DNA from: Pseudovirgaria hyperparasitica | Lineage: Eukaryota | Reading direction: 5' to 3' (one strand) | DNA length: 64,000 bases | NCBI GenBank assembly: GCA_010093815.1 | Contig: ML996584.1 | Part shown: positions 36,101 through 48,093 of the stretch, one piece after another | Position numbering within the stretch: position 1 is the first letter of the stretch | Layout: every line of letters starts with the position of its first letter | Translations under genes and position numbers: made by a program | The notes under the pieces: generated by a model | The model's database searches: none | Told to the model about the DNA's origin: nothing | Seen by the model: the letters and a program-made list of their open reading frames with translations, nothing else

Positions 36101-37539
36101 CTAACTCCTTTCATCCAATTAATGACATTCGGTGCTCTCAAAGTGCGGTTCATCATTTGCATGCCGGATCCACCGCCAGGAAGTGGGAATGATACCGATG
36201 GCAAGACCTGTGCGTTCATATACGACGAGTATTGCTCATTAGCGTTCGCCGATTTAGGGTGGAACAACGCCGTCAAATGGCTCTTTGGTTGGACCGTAGC
36301 GTCTTCAGATTCTGAGCGCTGCAGTATGGGCCTACGGATTGACTCTGTGGCAAAAGTGCGATATGCAGCGTTCTTACGGGTCTGACGAATGTTATCATCT
36401 GTTTTTCGTCCTTTCTCGTAGCCAATGCTCTTCAGGATCTCTGGTTCCATTTTATGCAATTGTAGATTGCGGTCACGCCCCCAGGACACAAGTTGAAACT
36501 CGCGATTGTCGATTCTTTCGACCTCGTCAAACTCTCCCCTTGTGCGCCATAAGAACTCTTTGATATTGTCTTCGTGTCCAGAAAAGGAATGCACGGGCTC
36601 AATCTTGGTACTGTTAGGTTGCATACTTTCAGTTCGGAGGTCGTACATGTGAAGCTCCGTACTTCCACGTTGCGGCATGGCAAGGAAGCCCGAACCAAAT
36701 GGCGTATGGCGGGCTCTCCACACAGGATACGGTGTATGAATGATACGTTCGGCTTCTGGGTTGTCCCCTGGGCCGCAGAGAGAGTAATCCCAAACCTTTA
36801 TGGTCTTGTCCAGGCCACATGTGAGGATACCAGTTGGGCTAGCTCGGTTCCAATCAATGCCATACACTTTCGTGGCGTGCGCACAAATCTTCTTTAGGGG
36901 TTCTGCGCCCTTCCTTCGATCCCATATATGCAAATATTGGCCGTGGGAGGAAGCCACGATGTTTGGATCTTGCCTGTTCCATTTCACCTGCGTTGCGCCA
37001 GAGTCCCAGGCTGCGAACTTGGCGACCGCGCCGATTGATGAGCCCTTGCCGTCGAAAGACAGAACCGCATTCTGACGTTGTCGTAGATCCCAACATATGA
37101 CAAAACTGTCCACACCGCATGTAGCCAGGAGATCCTGGTGATGAGCAGAGAAGTTGATGTCCGTTATCGCCCCATTGTGCGCGCGCAGGACATGCTCGAT
37201 GGGTATGTTCGGGCCTGAGAGCGCAAGGTTCCAGACAATCGCTTTCTGGTTAGATGTGCTAACAATCCAAGTATCTCTTGAGGCAAACGGACTCCACTGG
37301 ACATCTGCCACTTCCCAGTGCGAACGGTTAACGATGTAGCGAGGCGGTTGGTAAGGTGAGTCGAGGTCAATAATGTACAGGCCGCCCTTGGAGGCTAGAA
37401 CGACATCTCGACCGCTCGGGGAGATTGATGCCGCTCCGACATCTTCAGGGACACTGATAGAGACGTCGCGCTCGAACGTAGGGCTATCGAAAGGTGAGCT
37501 CAGGGTGCTGCCAGAGCTGCTTCTGCGGTCTCCTGCCAT
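33136..37539 (-). CDS. MTC5: SEA3/MTC5/WDR59 subunit of the SEACAT/GATOR2 complex
   Basis: 1467-aa ORF with N-terminal WD40 repeats, an RWD domain (FPPNYP), DIQMLAMLSC and a C-terminal RING (CNTC..CETCGHIAHIAC..C..GCGCEC). Confidence 0.9.
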   Translation of the reverse strand: MAGDRRSSSGSTLSSPFDSPTFERDVSISVPEDVGAASISPSGRDVVLASKGGLYIIDLDSPYQPPRYIVNRSHWEVADVQWSPFASRDTWIVSTSNQKAIVWNLALSGPNIPIEHVLRAHNGAITDINFSAHHQDLLATCGVDSFVICWDLRQRQNAVLSFDGKGSSIGAVAKFAAWDSGATQVKWNRQDPNIVASSHGQYLHIWDRRKGAEPLKKICAHATKVYGIDWNRASPTGILTCGLDKTIKVWDYSLCGPGDNPEAERIIHTPYPVWRARHTPFGSGFLAMPQRGSTELHMYDLRTESMQPNSTKIEPVHSFSGHEDNIKEFLWRTRGEFDEVERIDNREFQLVSWGRDRNLQLHKMEPEILKSIGYEKGRKTDDNIRQTRKNAAYRTFATESIRRPILQRSESEDATVQPKSHLTALFHPKSANANEQYSSYMNAQVLPSVSFPLPGGGSGMQMMNRTLRAPNVINWMKGVRMGKRDTALPSKYGNRPKTPQSAGSKFDPTENLGDEITHVGSKFKKVSFEVADISRRAATVYLNGPWGPEGKPAFVRITMRFPPNYPRDAAPDYKLEKTTSAISDETIAKLDDEIHSIVELYRTRKKGSLEAIISYLLGERDLEESISYFSEDNDTQTGLTLDESSSDEEEPLGDDFKTRGDLDMSGTDVSGMKNANANVPIPRTNSARWTRDGRLLHIHPPKPEPKPIFGSMLRHGDRSKAPRLFDTLGRLKTGSPMLDKKYSLQDEDVEEDDSDWETASSSSSDYSSTNLGGIAGQFPAPAAWQGNGLRFNKTSQHSSVDYGPKTSTLKQSSVITSHDLSDLLPSRKELAREYEMCGDGPSVCKHNAEVAKSHGFHDLADIWTLISLILANNVPLEVLPQFYRPEPILVVARRAMVRIKRKDSGLDLAFDEAESVLNPTLKGRVKWGHHPLASSWLIPALFDYYERLADIQMLAMLSCVFSEPAAREGVPHALRKPEFHELPMSMQAPAFSLDYFSSHDSAWSLYQPSGPSTPSTPTTQSRRKSSKSVAQWIDKFHKPPNLDVYGSTASSNGPWGSTPLSDPLIPFSTNVTPPVLSRTSTFKSSGNASFSTSPEHPFPRRSNAYLASAFVSPFRNLTSASPPPGKSRTADAELSTSAPNSVTWGSTTFYSSSSNTTQRSSQKRRPYFPYLHESGTVDEVDELSGDEDEVAPSESGDSPSTAAANSSSAIRVTLKNQDQFDDEACVSSSLLGRVETWKLVHYREQYANQLLLWGLPVARSEVLKFNGLHSYWEPEEPTSLQFEVGKKHTMAPRVNGINGLRSSRSDGRLTPLQGTGTFSPKKFRFNPEASAFVPTSSSEDMLSDEELESVQYSGLASNLTVTLTPAVTVTATRTTATTTTTNTATTTEDGHDVDTDTVVFKDTEGDEASFPYCNTCLMKVERLYSICETCGHIAHIACLADYDEEDEAAMCKMGCGCECEESWPEDP

Positions 37540-38339
37540 CGCATGGTGAGATTGGGGATTGATGCTCTCTGCGGGTAAGATTAGCGAGGCCGCGCCATCA
37601 TCGAAGAGCCGACCACTGATGTACCTGGACAGTATGTGTTTCTTTAGTCCTTGGGATTCAGTTCCTTCGCAATTCCTTCCAGGAACGCGCGAGAGTGCGT
37701 ACAGAGGATGTAGAGGGAGCGCACGGCGCGGAGCCTAGAAGCTCGCGAGCATGGGGCGTTAGTGCAGATTAGGGCCCTAGGACCAGGTAGCAAAGCAAGG
37801 ATGGCTACGCTTATATCTACATCCTAGGATATAGATAGATAGATATAGATACAGCATAGAGAGACTATATAAGCAATAAGAATGCCATCTACATGCATCG
37901 GCGCAGAATAACTATAAACTTATAGACAAGCACGCATTTCGAGTTTTGTGCAGAGGTCGAGGCGAAACAAAGCACACGCCGTAGACCAGCATAGGTATGA
38001 TTATCTCACTAAAAACATGCTTGAGATGATCATCCAAGATATTGATAATCGAAGCTGTTATATGGAATAGCAATACTTCACCACATATGTCGTGCAGTAA
38101 GGGGATTAGAGAGCGATCTCCCCAGGTGTGGCTGGCTCGTGGGGTCAGTGGATTCACGTGGGGGTGGCGGGCTCAGCTTAGACTTTCTGGTGCTTTCGCT
38201 TCATTTGGCATCGGCGGGGTGTGACAGCTTTTCAAGATTCTCGTCATCAAACGTCAAGCCCTCGGACCTAACTTCAGCCTTTCACTCCTCATAGGCACGA
38301 GGAGCAAGCCGAGACATACACTCTATCTATACGTTCAAT

Positions 38340-38997
38340 ATGGCACTTCCCAAGCGTATCATCAAAGAGACGGAACGTCTTATGGCGGACCCGTGAGTAT
38401 AGCTTTGGATAGCGTTCCGCTCAAAGTGATGCATGAGGACTAAAACGTTTCTGTAGAGTACAGGGCATCGACGCCGTCCCACACGAAGATAACCTTCGTT
38501 ATTTCGACGTCAAGATCCACGGTCCCTCCCAGTCGCCATATGAAGGTAAGAATCCCTTGACATCTTGAGGCTGCCAGAGAGATTTACGACGAGAAAGAAT
38601 GCCACAGCGTCCTGACACAGCATAGGAGGTATCTTCAAGCTTGAGCTATTTCTCCCAGACGACTACCCCATGACCCCACCAAAGATCCGCTTCCTGACCA
38701 AGATATACCACCCAAACATTGACAGACTCGGCCGCATCTGCCTCGACGTCTTGAAGAGTGCGTAACAACAATGGACTACCTACCAATCTTTGCAGCAGGG
38801 CACTGATGCTCGTTCATCTAGGTAACTGGTCCCCCGCGCTGCAGATCCGCACCATTCTTCTCTCCATACAAGCCCTCCTCGGCGCCCCGAATCCTGACGA
38901 TCCGCTTGCGAACGACGTCGCACAACGATGGAAGGAAGACCAGAATGCCGCCATAGAGACGGCACGAGAATGGACAAAGCAATACGCAAGCCCATAG
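38340..38997 (+). CDS. UBC13: E2 ubiquitin-conjugating enzyme Ubc13
   Basis: Four exons translate to [70 protein letters not shown]. Confidence 0.96.
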
Positions 38998-40424
38998 TCC
39001 TTGCAGAGTAGATGTCACGAGAATACAGGATGGGAGCGGTTCGCGATACGTGGAATGCGATACGAAGCTAAGTTAAGCACAGGATGAACGCCCGCCGTTC
39101 AGGTTTTATGGATTACGAGCTAGCACGTACGAGAGCAAGGGGCACGAAAGTCTCTATAGGGCGTCGCGTCAGGCCCAGCTTTGTGGTATACGGTCTCTTT
39201 GGGGATTTCTGATAGATGGTTAGCGAATCACTTTTCAATGCACCGCGGATGCCTCGAACAATGAGCAGGTACATCGTGGCTCAATTGTACTCTGCAAAAG
39301 TGTCGTCTTCCTCCTACACATTATCAGATTGGCCTTGGCACTGCAAAACTGCCGCGCTTCATCGATGTTGCCTGCTTGCCAAACCTGCTTTGCTCCACGA
39401 AGCCAACGGCCCGGCTATAGGTATGTGTGATGAGACCGGCATAGTGTGATGAGACCGGCATAGTAAAGCAGCCAGAAGAAGAGCTGTGAAACCAAACTCG
39501 ACCCATCTCCAGCGATCGTGTCTTACAGTACACGCCGGCCTACAAAACAACCTGCACTGCTTGACCACCAATAACATCTCAAGAATGCTCAAACGCGTCA
39601 TGTTTTCATATCTAATCTCGGCTCTCCAATTTATAAGCTGATCCCTAATCTCGTCGCGACCACAGGTTCTGAAGGTGTCTCCGAGTTGCGACTATCTGTA
39701 AGATCAATCAGTCAGTCAACAGCGTTGTCTTGGTTTGCAACAAGCGGATAGTTCAGATTCCGTTCCGGTCAAGCTTTTGTAAGCATCGGCACGAGTGGCT
39801 TGGGCTTTCAAATCCGTGTTGCGTTTTAGCGCGGACTCTACATCAGGATCGGACATGTCGGAAATCACTAGGATATACAGCTTTCGCTAGCGGCGTTGGA
39901 TTAGAGTACTGGCGCTGTGGCTAGTAAGCAACTTAAAGTAGTTATGATTGCTCTGATCGTACTAGCGTGTATGTATAGTAGATCGCGCAACCCCCTGTGT
40001 CTGTGTAAACATCCGCATGTTGGCTGCCCCTGCATTATTGGCCTCATGATATGTTTGCATAACTTTACGTTGTGTGTAGTGTATGCCCTAAGTAGAATTG
40101 ATTATGTATGATTTTTTGGGAATGCTCTCATTTTCTTGTCGATCTTGTATATAAAGAAGCAGCTGTGCGCAACTATCGCTCTTTGTTTCGACTGCTGTTC
40201 AGACTCACTCACCTCCCTCACTTGCGATTATCCAGTCAGTACATCTATCGTCCGACGAGATATCGATCATATAACCGTGCAGTGTGTCCGTGGATCGAAC
40301 TCGACTCTGCCGGGTGGAGTTCCGCAAGCATAATTCCAGACACACGAGCACCCACCTCCGTCATCCACCTCATTCCCTCCCCCAATCTTCCCACAGCAGC
40401 GAGACCGAACAAACAAACGACACC

Positions 40425-41696
40425 ATGGGCGAAAAGAACATCGTCATCCTAGGCGGCTCCTGGGCCGGCATCAACTCCGCCCACTACTTCCTCAAGAACG
40501 TCCTCCCCAAGCTCCCCCAAGACACCACAACATACAAAGTCTTCCTCATCAGCCCATCCAGCAAATACTGGCACCGCGTCGGCGGGCCCCGCGCAATCAT
40601 CTCCAAGACCGCCCTGCCGCGCGAGAAGCTGATCCAGGACATCCCCTCGCACTTCACGCACTACCCCGACGGCATCTTCACCTTCATCGAGGCCACCGCC
40701 ACCGCCCTCGACACCGAAGCCAGAACAGTAAACTACCGCCTCACCACCACCACCAGCGCCACCGAAGCAATCCCCTACCACGCCCTCCTCATCGCAACAG
40801 GCGTAAGCTCCCGCTTCGCCCCCTTCAACCACCTCGCCGACATCACCGTCCTCGAATCCGCCCTCGACCAAACAAGCGCCAAAATCGCCTCCGCATCCAC
40901 CATCGTCATCGCCGGCGGCGGCCCCGCGGGCGTCGAAACAGCCGGCGAAATCGCCTCCTTCAAAAACGGCGAACCAGCCTGGTACGCAGGCACAAACACC
41001 CACCCCACCGCCAAAATCACCCTCCTCACCTCCGACGCCAAGCTCCTCCCCTTCCTCCGCCCCGCCCTCGCCCAGCGCGCACACCGCTATCTCGCCCGCC
41101 TAGGCGTAACAGTCACCTACAACACCCGCGTCGAATCAACCACCGACTCCGCGGCCGGTGATCAGACTATCATCAATCTCTCCTCCGGCGAGCAGATGAC
41201 CGCGGACCTGTACATCCCTGCGCTAGGCGTCGTGCCGAATACCGCCTTTGCGCCCCCGCACATCCTCACTGCGCAGGGTAAGATCAACAGCGACAAGGCG
41301 CTGCGTGTCGTGAGCGCGGGCCCGCGCGTGTATGCCGTCGGCGACGTGGGCGCGCATGTCACGCGCGGCGGCATCATGGCTATCGCGGCGCAGGTCCCTG
41401 TTGCTATGACGAATCTGCACCGCGACTTGCTGGCCTGTGCTGCCGCGGACGGGGACGAGAAGACGGGTGTTGTTGCGACGGCCTCGGGCCCGGATCGTGT
41501 GTATGAGGAGGATATGCGGGAGAATCAGAGTGTGCCGGTGGGGCGGGGGAAGGCGGTTGGGGCGTTTGGCGGGTGGAGGATGCCGTCGTTTATGCTGTGG
41601 CTGGTGAAAGGGAGGGATTATTTGTTGTGGACTGCTGGGATGCAGTTGTCGGGGAAGGCGGCGGGGGAGAGTAAGTGGACGCCGCCGAAGAAGTAG
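40425..41696 (+). CDS. AIF/AMID-like FAD-dependent NAD(P)H oxidoreductase
   Basis: Motifs ILGGSWAG, LLIATG, IAGGGPAGVETAGEI and VYAVGD. Confidence 0.88.
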   Translation: MGEKNIVILGGSWAGINSAHYFLKNVLPKLPQDTTTYKVFLISPSSKYWHRVGGPRAIISKTALPREKLIQDIPSHFTHYPDGIFTFIEATATALDTEARTVNYRLTTTTSATEAIPYHALLIATGVSSRFAPFNHLADITVLESALDQTSAKIASASTIVIAGGGPAGVETAGEIASFKNGEPAWYAGTNTHPTAKITLLTSDAKLLPFLRPALAQRAHRYLARLGVTVTYNTRVESTTDSAAGDQTIINLSSGEQMTADLYIPALGVVPNTAFAPPHILTAQGKINSDKALRVVSAGPRVYAVGDVGAHVTRGGIMAIAAQVPVAMTNLHRDLLACAAADGDEKTGVVATASGPDRVYEEDMRENQSVPVGRGKAVGAFGGWRMPSFMLWLVKGRDYLLWTAGMQLSGKAAGESKWTPPKK

Positions 41697-42250
41697 GAGG
41701 TGTGGAGAGTGGATGAGTGAAAGGAGGGGGCTGTCGGCGGTAGACGCCGGGATGTGTGTTGAGCGAGTGCTTTGCGGGATGAAGGGTCCCGTGGGTTTTT
41801 TTTGTTTTTTCTGGGATTTATGTAAAGCATGTTTTTTCTGAGCCGAGTCCTGTATCTGTTGGTTAGAGTGGGATCGTATAATAGGGTTTATAAAGGGGAG
41901 AGCTTGGGTGTGTGTGTTTTGATAAATGAATCCACTTAGCTTGAAGATGGCCTCCTAACTGCTTTGGTCATAGTTCCAGGTTTTTTGTTTGACGCATGAG
42001 TCCGTTCTCATTCCAGTCATGCCATCCGTGTACACTCTCTCAACGTCACTAGATCCCTTGAGAATCCTAGACGACACCACCGTCTCAGACTCACCATTAG
42101 GGGTACATCAAAAAGCATAGAGGACAGCGAAACAGTCCAATAGATTCTACATAGCATGCATGCATGGTATCCAACAATAGCTCCGAGAGCCCTTGCCTCC
42201 CTTCTGCGGAGCGGTCATGAATGTATCTCTACCCACCATCTATGCCTCGC

Positions 42251-43992
42251 CTACAGTTTCTCCTTGAGCTCCTTCTTCAGCCTCCGCTCGACGGCGTCCA
42301 TGTACTGGGTGGTGGTGACATAGTCCTTGCGCTCCTTCTTGCCGCAGCTAATAGCCAGGTCCTTGGTCATGATGTTGTCGACGTCCACGGTGTCGATGCA
42401 GGCGCGCTCGAGGCTCTCGGCAAAGGCGACGACGTCTGGCGTCTCGTCTAGCTCTCCGCGCTTCGCGAGGCCTCTCGTCCAGGCAAAGATCGAGGCAATG
42501 GGGTTGGTGGAGGTTTCGTTGCCCTTCTGGTGCTCGCGGTAGTGGCGCGTGACTGTGCCGTGGGCGGCTTCCGACTCGAACGTCTTGCCGTCAGGGGTAA
42601 TCAGGACGGAGGTCATGAGACCTAGAGAGCCGTATCCCTGGGCGATGATATCGGACTGGACGTCACCGTCGTAATCTGATGAGGTGTTAGCATCACCAAC
42701 ACGCATGACGTACGGATCTTCGACACTCACTCTTGAGGGCCATGAGGAAACCGCCCTCGCTCTTGATCATTTGTGCGACCATGTCGTCGATCAGGCGGTG
42801 CTCGTACCAGATATTGTTGGCCTCAAAGTCCTTCTTGTACTGGTTGTCGTAGATGTCCTGGAAGATGTCCTTGAATCTTCCATCATACGCCTTGAGGATG
42901 GTGTTCTTCGTGCTCATGTACATGGGGACCTTCTTATCCAGAGCGAGCTTGAAGCTAGCGTGCGCAAATCCAGCTATCGACTCGGCAGTGTTATACTGGG
43001 TCTGAGCTACACCACCTCCCTCGCCGAAATCGAAGACTTTGATGGTCTCTGGCTTGCCACCCTTTGGTGTGAAGGTCATCTCGAGCGTACCGGGTCCATC
43101 GATGACGCGGTCCTTAGCCCTGTACTGGTCTCCAAAGGCATGGCGTCCGACGATGATGGGCTTCTTCCAACCGGGCACGAGGCGAGGTATTTTGGGTATC
43201 ACAATTGGTTCTCGGAAGACAGTGCCACCACTGGTGCATGTCAGTACAGGTATAGCAAACCCAGGTGCGTTGCCTACAGGATGTTTCGGATTGTGCCGTT
43301 AGGAGAAAGCCACACTATTGCCCTGCATTAGCGAAGCTCATGAGGCTTAGACATAGCTATACACACTCTTCTTCAGGTGGAATTCCTTCACACGGGCTTC
43401 GTCTGGTGTGATTGTAGCGCATTTTACACCCACAGAGTACTTCTTGATTGCCTCCGCAGCATCGTGGGTAACTTGATCCTCCGTCTGGTCTCTGTATTCA
43501 AGACCCTGTCCAAGCGTCAGCAATGCGGCTCTTCTCCGTCTTACAGTCAGATCTTACTAGATCGTAGTATTTGAGATCGACATCCAGGTATCTAGCCAAC
43601 GGGTCAGGTCAGGTTTCGGCTCACGAGCAGTGTTGTGTCGAAGAGATATACTCACGGATGGATGAACTGTAGCATGTGTCAGCTCATGCTCATAGCAAGC
43701 CATAGTAGGCCATGGCAAGCCACAGCAAAGTACATACCCTGTCCTTGATGTCCTGCCAGATGATGCGCGTCATCTCATCCCCGTCGAGCTCCACGACGGG
43801 GTTCTTGACCTTGATCTTCTTCACAGTCGCCATATTCCGAAACTGTACGAAGCTCAAGCTTCCAGCAGCGTTCACAGAGGAGGAGGAGGGTAAAGCAGCT
43901 CGTACGTAGGGTGTTCGGAAGTGCGGAATAGCTCCGGTGGTCTTGCAGGAGGAGATGAAGCGGGCAGCGGTGGCGGAGGAAAGTGGGCGCAT
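42251..43992 (-). CDS. IDP1: NADP-dependent isocitrate dehydrogenase with mitochondrial presequence
   Basis: Motifs [45 protein letters not shown] and [10 protein letters not shown]. Multi-exon, including an 11-nt exon (43656-43666). Confidence 0.96.
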
Positions 43993-44784
43993 AGTGGGAG
44001 AAGAGAAGAAGAAGAGCGGTATGGAGGAGTAGTATGAACCCTTAAAAAGAGGCGTGCTGCGACGTCAAACGTTTGCGCACCGGGTGCAAAATCCTTGAGA
44101 GAAAATGGATACTACCGGTACCTACACACGGGCGCGCCGGCCGGGTGCGTCAGCGAGGGTGGATACAAGTCATTCTGCTGCCTCTCGGCTTCGATGGATT
44201 GGCGGGGCAGCTTCGCCCGAGGTCTAGTAATGCAGCGGGCTATTGATGGCCTGTGTCGGCAGTGGGCATGACGGGAATAAACTCACTAACAGCGTTTCGA
44301 GTGCGTAGTAGATTCGTCACTCTTTTGGTGTATATCGTTCGGCCAGCTTCAAGTCTTGAGCATAAGGTTATCGCGGAGAAGATGACAAAAGGTTGTATGT
44401 TTGTTTGTTATGCATGTGTGAATGAATATATGTTCCACTTCCCCAGACGTGGACCTTTCTCCGCATTGGCACTCTGCCTTGTACCACCTTCCCGTTCTGC
44501 CGGTAAACAACACCGGGGCCGATACTTGCTATCATGCACACTCATGCCGCTTATGCCGTCCTTATACGAGAGTTTATTATGCTGATATCACGAAATTTCC
44601 AACATTTTGCTTCAATCTGCTCACTCTGAATACGCAGCTGGTCACAGTAATTGAGTTCGCCTAGCTCTCTCGTTTACTTCACGGTTCCAGTCAAAATAAA
44701 GAGCCGGCCGATCCACCGTCTACTGCTTGGAGAGATATCACACTTGCAGCTCCATCAACATATGAAACGACAAATCTACAGTAA

Positions 44785-45948
44785 TCATGCAGTCCGCGTA
44801 GGATTGGCCGTGCAAGTGGTGCCAGGTGTTGGCCCGAGAATCGTCGTTGTTGGAGCAGTCCCGCCAATCCTCTCGACCTTCACCAAAGCCGGAATCACGG
44901 CGCCAGTCACGAGTCCAAACGGAATGTGCCTAATCACTCTGAGGATGCTCCCGATGGCTCCAGAGTGACTCGAGACCGCAATGAAAGTGCCATCGTCATT
45001 CGTGAAGATATCGTCCAATGCCTCCTTCAGACGCTGTGCCCGAGCGGAGTCCGTCTCACGGAGAACTGGTTCCCATAGCTTGTCGTCCTCGGAGAAGCCC
45101 TTCTCGATGTGGAATCCGGGGTATGTTTGCTCGATGTAGGTCTTGCTGCTACGTCTGTCACAAGTGTGTCTGCCGATGGCCTCTCGTAATTTCTCTTTGA
45201 CCACCGGCTTGAACTTCTTGTTGTGAGGCAGGTCCAACCCTTCGTAGGTGATACGCGCCGTCTCAAGGCATCTAGTCAGTGGGCTCGAGTAGTACGAGTC
45301 TGGCGCTGGGATGCCAGCATTCTGCAGGGCATTGACCCAAAACGCATGAGCGATATTGGCTTGGTTGATACCGTTTTCCGTCAATCTGGCGTCGGCCCAA
45401 GTACTCGTGCCGTTCCCATCCTGTTGGGCCCAGTAACACTATCACCAACGTTAGAAATCATGCATGATAGAAGTCAGCAACCTACGCACATCCCAGGACG
45501 GCGTTCCGTAGTAAGTCTCGGCGACATTGTGAAAGCCTTCGCCGTGTCGTCCCATGATCAGAACTTTATACTCGACGTTATTGGGGGCTTTCTTGTTCAA
45601 TGACTTGACATAGTACTCGAATCGCTCCCATTGAGTCTTCTGTGATCCACACTCTTGATCAGTGTCGTAAGTACGGTTGATGAGGCCTAAATTGACCTTC
45701 GTCTGGGACTCGTCAGACCAAAAAAACCACTAGAGCTTCATATAGATCATGAATCTTACGTAGTCAAATGTGCTGGAGACTGTCTTTGGATCATCCTGCA
45801 GAAAGAACCCTGAGATGGTCGTATAGTCAATATACGAGTCCTTCTCGTGGCCTCCATGTGGCATAGGCGACGGAGAAGCTTCTGTTGTCATACTTTGAAA
45901 GGCTGTCAGGGCGAAGAAGAACGCAAGGCTAAGTGATCTGATAGCCAT
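44785..45948 (-). CDS. Histidine phosphatase / phosphoglycerate-mutase-like protein (PMU1-like) with signal peptide
   Basis: Motifs GRHGEGFHN, SSPLTRCLET, HTCDRRS and SHSGAI; three exons; hydrophobic N-terminus. Confidence 0.88.
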
Positions 45949-46467
45949 CGCAATATTATGTCAGCGTATCGAACACGTCAGATGCATAAAAGACCTTGAA
46001 TTTCGGTCACACACCAGAAGGATAAGGGACGTCAATGAAAGCGCAATTTGCGAGAGATGCTGTATATGTAAACGAACCTACGCGATGATCGTAGCGCTTC
46101 TTAACCCATGCCGTGCGCGGAGATGTACTCTAGAAACATCGCTCATTCCGTCCCTTCAGTTTCTAGATCGCGATTCGATGAGACCGTTCCCCGGGTTGAG
46201 TACAAGCGAACGGCGATGGTGGGCCAATAATAGGGTGCACGTGTTTTACCGAGAGCCTAAGGCCACACTTGACAGCCATCCGTGGATTCGTACAACTTCC
46301 CTATAATAGCATGTGGTTTGGGGACTGGTGCGCGGACTTCATACGTCGTTTCTACAGAGCGCTTCTTCGTGCGCGGTCGCATTCGGATCCGCAACGCCTC
46401 TGCAACCTAAATATCTACGATCGATACAAAACCTACCAACGCCTGTCAATGCCAATCGACCCACACC

Positions 46468-47583
46468 TCATAGGCTTGCCTGGGCCTGCTCTCGTTCCAC
46501 CTCATACATGAAATCGAAGTAGGGCTTATCAAAGTGATGGACCCGCACGTAACCATCTTCCCCTCCACTGCAATATCCCGTTCCTTTGGGGTGCACCGCC
46601 ACGTAGTTCAATGGACCGAAATGTCCCCTAACGCGTCCAATCTCCTCCATGAAGATCTTGTGGTAAAATCTGGCTTCGAATTTACCCTGTCGAGCACTTG
46701 TGGTTGTGACATCCATTGCAGCTTGACCTCCGCCGAGAATTACATAATCCTTCACGGGTGTAATGGCCGCGCTGTTCAGAGGAGTGTCGGTCGTGTACGA
46801 TTTGAGAACCTCGAGTTCATTTGTTGACACCAGTTTGGCAGTTTTATCTTTCGAAGATGTGATAAAGTAGGTTCGGTCGGGAGCCCATTGCAAGTCCGTA
46901 ATTTGCATGTCGTCCTCGTGTACTTGAATGTTGTGTAGAATCTCTCCACTCTATGTCACATTGTTAGTAGGTTGCTTAATTCGTGTCCAGCACAGAATAG
47001 TACCTTTGCGTCGTATTTTGTCACCGAGCCATCTTCATGCCCTGCTATGATATACTTGGCAAGATAACTGAAGCCCGCGACAGTTGCCTTGCTCTCGTCG
47101 CAAACAATCCGTAGACTTTGCTCGTTGGTTTGTTCGCCTTCAGGATCCGGGTTGACGTCAAAGACGTGGATGGCTCCGAGATGTCCGGAACGCTTCTCCA
47201 TCACAGCGAGAAGCTGCGTTCCGTCTGGAGAGAATTCAACACGCTTGATGGCGGTAGGGAAGTCCCATGTCTTCAGTAATTTCCCGCTCTTAACCTCCCA
47301 TAGTCTCAGAGTATTGTCGGCGCCTCCGCTGGCAAGTAGCGTAGTCCTCGAGTCGACGTCGACTGTCCAGAGCGCTCCCTGATGCCCATGGTAGGTACCT
47401 GGTATATAGTCAGATGTTAAAGTATAAGATGATTTGGGGAATCTCACCCAGGCGTTCACCGTTGGCGGAAAACCATGCGCAAATGACGTGATCCTTCGAG
47501 ACGGAGAAGATGATGTCTCCATCGGAATTGTATTTTACTTGTGTCAGAGCACGCTCATGCCCGGAAAGTAGTATTGGCCTCAT
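46468..47583 (-). CDS. TIF34: Translation initiation factor eIF3 subunit i
   Basis: Motifs [31 protein letters not shown] and [14 protein letters not shown]; three exons. Confidence 0.96.
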
Positions 47584-48093
47584 TTTGCTTGGAGTGTGCA
47601 GCAGTGGTGAGGGCTTGATGCTCTTTTCATAGCGGGGATGATAATGCCAAGAGTCCGTGCAATTTTGAGTGTGTGCCTGTGGCGCGTGCGCGGTTCGGTG
47701 TGGCTTGCGGTCTCCATCATCTCTCACATGCGAATACGTTGTACAGAGTTACGCATGGCTACGGAGGTCAAGGCTTTTCAAGAGAAGAGTGGGAGATTCA
47801 ACACTGATATAGGATGTGTAGTTGTCATATTCAGTGGTTTCTACAAGCTCATCGTGCGGTTATTATTGCCTGGAAACCTTTGCTCTAGACAATCCCAACT
47901 TACGATCGCGATTGGGCGAACCTTTTGAGGACCACTGACACTGGGTCGAAGCGAACAGTTTGTAAATGTGCTGCATAAGTTAAGCCCCAACCAAGTAGGT
48001 AGGTTGACAAGGACTCGTCCAGCCATTCCAATTTCGCGTATTCCCATTGAGAATAACTTTCATCTGTGTGTGCCCACGTCCCTCTGCTCCCGG

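Noticed and set aside
39424..39464. 19-bp direct duplication GTGTGATGAGACCGGCATA
   Set aside because: Two adjacent copies only; simple slippage with no element around it.
42215..42253. Possible stop-codon readthrough of IDH creating a cryptic PTS1
   Set aside because: The stop is TAG-G, not TGA-CTA, and the extension (ARHRWWVEIHS*) does not end in a PTS1.
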